Shown: in pieces, positions 57,170 through 64,000 of the stretch
How positions within the stretch are numbered: position 1 is the stretch's first letter
Layout: every line of letters begins with the position of its first letter
Assembly: GCA_963749705.1 (NCBI GenBank)
Contig: CAVVNQ010000008.1
Span: forward strand, 128,001 to 192,000
DNA: 64,000 bases
Direction of reading: 5' to 3'
From: an uncultured Chloroflexia bacterium
GTDB taxonomy: Bacteria > Chloroflexota > Limnocylindria > Limnocylindrales > CSP1-4
The notes under the pieces: generated by a model
Told to the model about the DNA's origin: nothing
Databases searched by the model: none
Seen by the model: only the letters and a program-made list of their open reading frames with translations
Translations under genes and position numbers: made by a program

Positions 57170-58261
57170 ATGGCGACTGTGACGTTCGATCACGTCTACA
57201 AGCGATACGGTGAGGTCACCGCCGTGTCGGACCTCAACCTCGAGATCGGCGACGGCGAGTTCATGGTGCTCGTCGGCCCGTCGGGCTGCGGCAAGACCAC
57301 GAGCCTGCGGATGATCGCCGGGCTCGAGGAGATCAGCGACGGCGATCTCAAGATCGGCGAGCGCGTCGTCAACGACGTCGCACCCAAGGATCGCGACATC
57401 GCGATGGTGTTCCAGAGCTACGCGCTGTACCCGCACATGTCGGTCCGCGACAACCTCGCGTTCGGCCTCAAGCTGCGCAAGGTCGCCAAGACCGACATCG
57501 ACAAGCGGATCAACGACGCGGCCGGGATCCTCCAGCTCGAGAAGCTGCTGGACCGCAAGCCCAAGGAGCTGTCCGGTGGCCAGCGCCAGCGCGTCGCGCT
57601 CGGCCGGGCGATCGTCCGCGAGCCCGCCGTGTTCCTGATGGACGAGCCGCTGTCCAACCTGGACGCCAAGCTCCGCGTCCAGACACGTGCCGAGATCGCG
57701 CGACTCCACCAGCGCCTGGGCACCACGATGGTCTACGTCACCCACGACCAGGTCGAGGCGATGACGATGGGCCAGCGGATCGCGGTCATGAGCGACGGCC
57801 TGCTCCAGCAGGTCGGCACGCCGCAGTCGCTGTACGACCATCCGAAGAACCGCTTCGTGGCGGGCTTCATCGGCAGCCCGTCGATGAACTTCATCGAGGT
57901 CAACGTCCCGGGCGGCGGCACCACCGACCTGTCCGAGGGCGGCTTCCACTTCCCGCTCCCGCCGACCTACCGCGAGGCGCTCCAGAGCGCCGGATCGAAG
58001 GTCATCGCCGGGTTCCGGCCGGAGCACCTCCAGCTGGGCGAGGCCACCGGCACCAGCGCCACGATCCAGGGCAAGGCGGACGTCGTCGAGTACCTCGGCA
58101 ACGAGGAGCTGCTCCACGTGACATCCGACAACCGGGAGCTGGTGGCGATCGTCGACTCCTCGCACAACGTCCGCCCGGGCGACATCCTCACGCTCCATCT
58201 TCCGGTCGAGAAGCTCCACCTGTTCAACGCCGACACCGGGGCCTCGCTCGTACGCAACTGA
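57170..58261 (+). CDS. Carbohydrate ABC ATP-binding protein (MalK/MsmX/UgpC type)
   Basis: GPSGCGKTT, VFQSYALYPHM, LSGGQRQRVA, DEPLSNLDAKLR, TOBE-like C-terminus; SD GGAGG. Confidence 0.94.
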   Translation: MATVTFDHVYKRYGEVTAVSDLNLEIGDGEFMVLVGPSGCGKTTSLRMIAGLEEISDGDLKIGERVVNDVAPKDRDIAMVFQSYALYPHMSVRDNLAFGLKLRKVAKTDIDKRINDAAGILQLEKLLDRKPKELSGGQRQRVALGRAIVREPAVFLMDEPLSNLDAKLRVQTRAEIARLHQRLGTTMVYVTHDQVEAMTMGQRIAVMSDGLLQQVGTPQSLYDHPKNRFVAGFIGSPSMNFIEVNVPGGGTTDLSEGGFHFPLPPTYREALQSAGSKVIAGFRPEHLQLGEATGTSATIQGKADVVEYLGNEELLHVTSDNRELVAIVDSSHNVRPGDILTLHLPVEKLHLFNADTGASLVRN

Positions 58262-58347
58262 GCGACCGCAACGGCGGCAGCCCACGTCAATCGATCCGGC
58301 CGGTCCGTCCTCGCGACGGGCCGGCCGTGTTCATGCACGGAACCTCC

Positions 58348-58962
58348 ATGACCGATCCCGCAACCCACCCCCACAACGCGCCGTTCGGCGACGATCCGCT
58401 CGAGGAGCACGTCGTCGCCTCGCGCCTCATCCACCGCGGCCGGTACATGGAGTTCCGGGTCGACACCATCGAGCGGGCCGACGGGTCCACCGGGACGCGC
58501 GACGTGGTCGGTCACCCGGGCGCCGTCGCGATCCTCGCGATCGACGACGACGGCCGGCTGCTGCTGGTCCGGCAGTGGCGGATCCCCGCCCGCAGCGCGC
58601 TGCTCGAGATCCCCGCCGGCACGCTGGACGTCCACGACGGTGCGACCGAGGATCCGGATCTCGCCGCGAAGCGCGAGCTCGAGGAGGAGACCGGCCACCG
58701 CGCCACGACGTGGCGGAAGCTGGCGACGTTCTGGACCGCGCCAGGGTTCACGTCGGAGCTGATGCACCTGTACCTGGCGACGGGGATCACCGGCGCCCAG
58801 GGTGACGACCGGCTCACGCCGGACGAGGACGAACGCCTGGAGCTTCGGCACGTCGGGGCGGACGAGGCATTCGGCATGGTCGAGCGAGGCGAGATCCGCG
58901 ACGCGAAGACGATCCTCGGGATCCTGTGGCTCAGCCGGCTCCGCACGACGGGCGGTTGGTGA
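58348..58962 (+). CDS. NUDIX hydrolase, ADP-ribose pyrophosphatase-like
   Basis: HPGAV, RQWR, EIPAG...AKRELEEETG, APGF, DAKT. Confidence 0.9.
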   Translation: MTDPATHPHNAPFGDDPLEEHVVASRLIHRGRYMEFRVDTIERADGSTGTRDVVGHPGAVAILAIDDDGRLLLVRQWRIPARSALLEIPAGTLDVHDGATEDPDLAAKRELEEETGHRATTWRKLATFWTAPGFTSELMHLYLATGITGAQGDDRLTPDEDERLELRHVGADEAFGMVERGEIRDAKTILGILWLSRLRTTGGW

Positions 58963-59029
58963 GCCGCGCGGCGGGGAGGTCGCGGGCGCCGGTCATGAGC
59001 GGCGGCGGGCCGGTCGGAAGCCGCCGGTC

Positions 59030-59485
59030 CTAGTCGGTCGTCCGATCCCCGTCGGCGGGTGCGGGGAGCCGCGCCAGCGCACCCCGGTACAGCGCCGATG
59101 AGGGTGCCAGCGCGACGGCGAGGCGCAGGTGCGTCCGGGCCTCGCGCAGGCGACCGAGCCGCTTGAGGCTCTGCCCCAGCGCGTAGTGCCCGTAGTGGGA
59201 CGACGGATCGACCTCGAGCAGCGCGAGGAATGTCTCCCGCGACTGGTCGTGCTGGGCCGAGTTGAAGTAGGCGCGACCGAGCGCCTCGAGGATCGATCCC
59301 TTGCCGGGCTCGAGCCGGCGCGCGCGCTCGAGCACGACGGCGGCCTGCGCGAAGTGACGCCGGCGCAGCAGGTCATGGCCGCGCAGGAGCAGCCCGTACG
59401 CGCTGTCCCGATCGTCGGCGGGGGCGGATGGATGCCCGCCGCCGTCGTCGTCCGGGGGCGGGGCGGGGTCGAGGCGCTCGTTCAC
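59030..59485 (-). CDS. Tetratricopeptide-repeat protein
   Basis: About three TPR-like units (LERARRLEP, EALGRAYF, LLEVDP, HYALG). Confidence 0.85.
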   Translation of the reverse strand: MNERLDPAPPPDDDGGGHPSAPADDRDSAYGLLLRGHDLLRRRHFAQAAVVLERARRLEPGKGSILEALGRAYFNSAQHDQSRETFLALLEVDPSSHYGHYALGQSLKRLGRLREARTHLRLAVALAPSSALYRGALARLPAPADGDRTTD

Positions 59486-59614
59486 ACGACGATGCTGCCA
59501 CGGGTCGCGGTTGCGCGTGTCGGGAGCCCCGGGTGGCGCCGGACGCCGGCCTGACGACGAGTCGGACGACGAGACCACGCCGACGACGATCGCCGGCGTC
59601 AGCCCGCTCGCGAC

Positions 59615-60643
59615 CTAGCTGCCGCCGTCCCGCCAGGTGGCCAGGTCGAGCGGTCGCAGACGCGGGCTCTCGGTACGGCCCGGGATGCGCCCGCGCTTGG
59701 CGATCGGGGCGCCGTCAATCTCTTTGATGTCGCCCGTGAAGTCGATCGGGGTGGCACCCGAGATGAAGCTGCCGACGGCGAACGAGTCGACCGGGGCCTG
59801 CATCTCGCGGAAGTACCGGATCCGGTCCGGGTTGAGCCCGCCCGAGACCGTGATCGTCACGTGCTCGAAGCCCGCCTGGTCGAGTCGCGCCCGGATCTCG
59901 GTCACCAGGTCCGCGGTGACGCGACCGCGCTCCGACGGCGTGTCCAGCCGGATCCCGTACAGGCGATCGCCGAGCGCGCGCGCCACGCGCAGCGCCTCCT
60001 CGGCCTCGTCCTTGAACGTGTCCACGAGCACGATCCGGGGCACCTCGGGCGGCATGTCCCGATCGAACGCCTCGGCGGCCCGGACCGTGTCGCCAAAGAT
60101 CAGCACCAGCGAATGGGGCATCGTGCCGGTCGGATTGAGGCCGGCCAGGTTCGCTCCCGCCGGCGTCGAGGCACCGACGCAGCCGCCCACGATCGCCGCG
60201 TAGTCGAGCACGTCCGTGATGTCCGGGTGCACATGGCGCGCGCCGAAGCTGATGACCGGCTGCGGCGCGGCGGCCTCCACGCAGGCGCGCGCGGCGGTGG
60301 CCCAGCCGGTCGACTGGGACAGCATCCCGAGCATCGCCGTCTCGTACAGGGCAAATGCGCGGTAGCGCGCACGGATGCGCAGCACGATCTCCTTGGGCGC
60401 CACGCGGTCCCCGTCGTCGAGCGCCTCGACCACGGCGCCGGGCTCCTCGGCCAGCACGTGCCCGATCAGGTTCTTGGCCTCGCCCATGCCGCACAGGACG
60501 GCGTCCGAGCGACAGAACACCTCCATCGTCACGACGGGGTCCAGCCCCTCCTGGTCGAGGATGCTGCTGGCGCGCGCGAAGTAGACGTCGGCGGTCGCAC
60601 CCGAGAGGATCTCGTGCGACGGCTGGATGCGCTGGAGGCCCAT
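59615..60643 (-). CDS. pncB: Nicotinate phosphoribosyltransferase (may start at GTG 60681 if there is an indel ~60655)
   Basis: TADVYF, SFGARH, GTMPH, LVDTF, IRLDTP, SGGL, FAVGS, AKRG. Confidence 0.88.
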   Translation of the reverse strand: MGLQRIQPSHEILSGATADVYFARASSILDQEGLDPVVTMEVFCRSDAVLCGMGEAKNLIGHVLAEEPGAVVEALDDGDRVAPKEIVLRIRARYRAFALYETAMLGMLSQSTGWATAARACVEAAAPQPVISFGARHVHPDITDVLDYAAIVGGCVGASTPAGANLAGLNPTGTMPHSLVLIFGDTVRAAEAFDRDMPPEVPRIVLVDTFKDEAEEALRVARALGDRLYGIRLDTPSERGRVTADLVTEIRARLDQAGFEHVTITVSGGLNPDRIRYFREMQAPVDSFAVGSFISGATPIDFTGDIKEIDGAPIAKRGRIPGRTESPRLRPLDLATWRDGGS

Positions 60644-60677
60644 CAGGCGCTCGCGCGATCCGCTGCCGTGGGCTCGG

Positions 60678-62906
60678 TCACGAGGGGCCAGCTCCTTCTT
60701 CGACGTTCGGTCCGGCTGCAGGGTCGCCGTCCGGGGGCGCGCTGGGCGGGAGTGTAGCGTACCGATCCGGCCACGCCGGCGATGCCGGCGACGCCGGGGT
60801 GCCCGCTGCCTGCGGATCCGCCGCGCGGACGTCCGCTGCCGCTGCGCCGGGTGCCCCCACGACCATCGAGGCCCCGGCAGCGGCCTCCGCGCGGCGTCGG
60901 CGGACACGACGGCGGCGGACCAGGAGCAGGAGCACGAGCAGCACGGCACCGATGCCCAGGCCGATCTCGATCGCCCGGGTTCGGCCGAGCTCGGGAGCCG
61001 CGGCGAGCACCGACGCGACCAGGGCCGCTCGCGAGGCCGCGGTGCCGAGGTCGCCGGCCGTCCATGCTCCGCGCGCCGCGGCCAGGTCTGCGTCCGGGTC
61101 ATGCCCGTCGAGCCCGAGCGTCACCAGCCAGTCGCGCGGCGCTGCCGCCGCGAGATCGGCCGTCGCGACCGCCTCGAGCGCGGTCTCCGTCTCCTCGGCC
61201 AGGGCGGTCGCCGAGGCCAGCGCGGTCGCGTCACGCGCGTGCTCGAAGGCCGTCTCGAGATCGCCGGATGGCGTGAGCCCTTCGCGGGCGGCGAGGGTCG
61301 CCGTCTCGTCGCGGAGGTCGACGATCCGTGCAGCCGTCGCGATCCGGTCGTCGGCGTCGGTGAACTGCCAGGCGTCGAGCGGCTGGCGGACCGCATATGG
61401 CGTGGCCCAGCCAGCCTCGGCCGTCAGCAGCGCGTGGTACGCGTCGCGGGCCGTCGCTCGCGCCCGCAGCACGTCCGACGAGCCCGGCGGCAACGCCCAT
61501 GTCTCCATCAGGCCGGCGACCCCGGTCGCACCGCCCAGCTCCTCGGTGAGGTCGAGGAACCGCCGCCAGTCGTTGGGCAGGGCGGCCGGCTCGGGCGGTC
61601 CGTCCCCGACGTACGCGGTGGTCCGGGCCTGCGCCGCGGCGAACACGAGGCGCATCCCCGCCTCGCCCGCCGAGGTCACGATGTCGCTCATCACGAGCCA
61701 CGACGCGTCGTAGCCGTACTGCTCCGCGGCGGCGCTCTTGTCGTCCTGGATGGGGGCCGGTGGCGGCCAGCTGTTGAGCGGGAACGCAGCGGCATCGGTG
61801 CGGGCCACGTCGCCATGGCCCTGCGGGTCCCGGCCCAGCGCGACCAGCACGCGCAGGGCGTACTCGTCAGCGAGGCCCTCGGTGATCCAGCGCTCGACGA
61901 ACAGGGAGCTCGTGAACCAGGCGTGCGATGCCTCGTGGATGATGGTCAGGTCGTCGAGGTCCTCGCTGATCGTGATCTGGTCCTCGGCCGTGTCGTAGAA
62001 CCCCGCGTATCCCTCGAGCAGCGGCGTGTGCACCTCGATCACGGACAGGGGGCCCTGCACGGGCCACGGAAGCCCGATCCGGGACACCAGCTGCGGCACG
62101 CCGCGCGTCAGCAGGTCCGCGACCCGGCTGCGCCACGCAGAATCCTCGGGCCAGCCCCGGACGATGATCTCCTCGCCGCCCTGGATGTCCAGCCGGTCGC
62201 TCGTGAGCCCGGCATCGTTGCTGGCGTTGACCCATGCGTACCACGTGAGCGGGTCGGTGGTGCTCGCGGTGAGCACCGTGGTGGTGCCGTCGAAGGTGCG
62301 CTGGAAGGTCTCGCCCGAGACGTCCACGGTGAAGGCGCCGGGAACCTCGATTCGGACCGAGCCGCTGTCGCCGAACGCCCAGGCAAGGAACGTCGCAAAC
62401 GCCTTGCCGACCCGGACGTCGCTGGCGGACCTCGGCCTGCCCGCCGGCAGGTCGAACGTCAGCCGGACGCTGGTCGACTCCCGGTAGTACAGGTTGGCGC
62501 GGAACAGGACCGTGGCGAGGCGATAGCCGGTCTTGCGCACGGACGACACGGGGACCGTGACGCCGTCCTGGGTGGCAGCCAGGTGGGTCGCCTCCGGCTG
62601 GACGCCGAGATTGACCCCGTCATACCAGTAGCGCGTGACGAGGCCGCCGCTGACCTGGTCCGGCGTCATGTTCCGGATCGTTGCGTCGACCGTGACCTGC
62701 ACGACCGATCGCTCGGGGACGACGACGTAGCGCGCGGCGGTCGTGACGACGAGCCCGTCCGCCGCCCGGACGGATGGGGCGGCGAATGGGCCCAGGAAGG
62801 GTGCGACCGTCGGCGCGGCGGGCGGGACGATCGCTGCGGCAAACGCGAGCAGGAGCGCCAGCGGAAGCGCGATCGCCGCCCCGGGGCGAACCCGACGGCG
62901 ACGCAT
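60678..62906 (-). CDS. Signal-peptide gluzincin metallopeptidase-like protein with helical stalk and C-terminal TM anchor (paralogue B)
   Basis: GYAGFY, HEASHAWF, RWITEGLA, FPLNSW, YGYDAS, C-terminal TM followed by RRRRVRRRR. Confidence 0.8.
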   Translation of the reverse strand: MRRRRVRPGAAIALPLALLLAFAAAIVPPAAPTVAPFLGPFAAPSVRAADGLVVTTAARYVVVPERSVVQVTVDATIRNMTPDQVSGGLVTRYWYDGVNLGVQPEATHLAATQDGVTVPVSSVRKTGYRLATVLFRANLYYRESTSVRLTFDLPAGRPRSASDVRVGKAFATFLAWAFGDSGSVRIEVPGAFTVDVSGETFQRTFDGTTTVLTASTTDPLTWYAWVNASNDAGLTSDRLDIQGGEEIIVRGWPEDSAWRSRVADLLTRGVPQLVSRIGLPWPVQGPLSVIEVHTPLLEGYAGFYDTAEDQITISEDLDDLTIIHEASHAWFTSSLFVERWITEGLADEYALRVLVALGRDPQGHGDVARTDAAAFPLNSWPPPAPIQDDKSAAAEQYGYDASWLVMSDIVTSAGEAGMRLVFAAAQARTTAYVGDGPPEPAALPNDWRRFLDLTEELGGATGVAGLMETWALPPGSSDVLRARATARDAYHALLTAEAGWATPYAVRQPLDAWQFTDADDRIATAARIVDLRDETATLAAREGLTPSGDLETAFEHARDATALASATALAEETETALEAVATADLAAAAPRDWLVTLGLDGHDPDADLAAARGAWTAGDLGTAASRAALVASVLAAAPELGRTRAIEIGLGIGAVLLVLLLLVRRRRVRRRRAEAAAGASMVVGAPGAAAADVRAADPQAAGTPASPASPAWPDRYATLPPSAPPDGDPAAGPNVEEGAGPS

Positions 62907-64000
62907 CAGACCGGGCTTGCCCTTCGGGCGCGCCGCTCGCGCCGGGAGCGCCGGGCGCCACCCGCGATCGCTCCGAGGAGCAGGAGCACGGTCGCGGCGA
63001 GGGCGATCAGGAACAGCATCCGGCGGCGGCCTTCCTGCCAGGCGCCGCTCCACGCGGTGATGGCGGCGTTGGATGCGGTCAACGTCGCGTCGAGGTCCCC
63101 GCGCCCGAATGCCGCGCGCGCGGCTGCGAGGTCGACATCGGGGTGGGCGTCCAACAGGCCGACCTGGGTCAGGATGTCCGGATCGGCAGGGCGTGCCGCG
63201 GTCGCCCCCTCGATCGAGAGCAGGGCATTGAGCTCATCCTGGGCCTCGGTTGAGGCATCGGTCAGCGACCCGCGCTCGAACGCGCGCTGCATCACGTCGG
63301 GCGGCGTCAGGTCGTCCAGGGCGGCCCGCTTCTCGAGCGCGGCACGCTGCGCCAGCACCGTGCGCGCATCCGCCATCAGCCCCTCGGCGACGTCGAACTG
63401 CCAGGCGCGCAGGGCGTCTCGGATCGCCTTCGGCAACGCCCATCCGTCCGCGACTGCGAGCGTTCGGTGATAGGACGTGATCGCCGAGGCGCGTGCATCG
63501 AGCAGCGACAGCTCGTCGGGGCGCACCACCCACGTCCGCCACAGGTCCGTGAAATCCTTGCCCGTCTCCGCCTCGAGCAGGTCGAGCAGACCACGCCAGT
63601 CGGGCGGCCCGGGGCTCGCCTCGGGGGCGGCTGCCCCGGCGGGTGCCGTCTCGCCGGCACCGGCCGGGGGCTGGTAGGCACCGGTCCCGGCCGCGACGTC
63701 GACCCACACGCGCCGCAGCGCCTCGTCGCCGGCGCGGTCCGCGATCGCCCGGGCGAGCTCGAGCGACGCCGCGTAGCCGTAGGCCTCGACCGCGGGATCG
63801 CTGGTCGCCGACGTCGGGCTCCAGGCGTTGAGCGGGATGCTTGCGGCCGCGATCTTGTCGGTCATCACGGGCGAGGTGTCCTTGGTGCCGACCGCCGCTG
63901 CCGTCCGCGACGCATACAGCGAGGCAAAGCCCTCGTTCGCCCAGCGGTCCGCGAGCAGGGTGCCGTTGAACCACCCATGAGCCGCCTCGTGGATGATCAC
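62906..64000 (-). CDS. Paralogous gluzincin metallopeptidase-like membrane-anchored protein (paralogue A; 5' part outside the window)
   Basis: HEAAHGWF, RWANEGFA, IPLNAW, YGYAAS, C-terminal TM and Arg-rich tail; TGATG overlap with paralogue B. Confidence 0.8.
   Translation of the reverse strand: MIIHEAAHGWFNGTLLADRWANEGFASLYASRTAAAVGTKDTSPVMTDKIAAASIPLNAWSPTSATSDPAVEAYGYAASLELARAIADRAGDEALRRVWVDVAAGTGAYQPPAGAGETAPAGAAAPEASPGPPDWRGLLDLLEAETGKDFTDLWRTWVVRPDELSLLDARASAITSYHRTLAVADGWALPKAIRDALRAWQFDVAEGLMADARTVLAQRAALEKRAALDDLTPPDVMQRAFERGSLTDASTEAQDELNALLSIEGATAARPADPDILTQVGLLDAHPDVDLAAARAAFGRGDLDATLTASNAAITAWSGAWQEGRRRMLFLIALAATVLLLLGAIAGGARRSRRERRARRASPV

Noticed and set aside
60643-60681. 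12-aa bridging mini-ORF (VTEPTAADRASA) coupling the peptidase to pncB
   Set aside because: More simply the true pncB N-terminus displaced by a one-base deletion; cannot be separated from sequencing error.

Overview
A 64-kb, very GC-rich bacterial chromosomal segment. Gene style and content suggest Chloroflexota, possibly class Limnocylindria (inference only). It holds about 50 CDSs and one tRNA-His(GTG), with no rRNA, CRISPR-cas, integrase or transposase. Repair genes: an lhr-nei operon with a LexA-like box, and NHEJ ligD/ku. Metabolic genes: araA-araD-araB, pgm, pncB, an ADP-forming acyl-CoA synthetase, FAD oxidases and bioY. Also present are two FtsX/MacB-like ABC pairs, MFS transporters, an S8 protease with three near-identical cell-wall-binding-2 repeats, and three gluzincin peptidases (two are tandem paralogues). 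About nine single-base frameshifts in conserved genes look like long-read consensus errors. The main unexplained signals are: (i) an XRE-HTH/PD-(D/E)XK-like gene preceded by a ~150-nt nested hairpin whose GAGATC motif recurs in a perfect 32-bp palindrome at 11077 and in a five-unit, 62-bp-period hairpin array at 54508; (ii) a truncated acuC-like gene; (iii) uncharacterised proteins with recognisable or degenerate catalytic motifs; (iv) clustered GGGAC-N4-GTCCC-like boxes. All product calls come from motifs read by eye; no searches were run.
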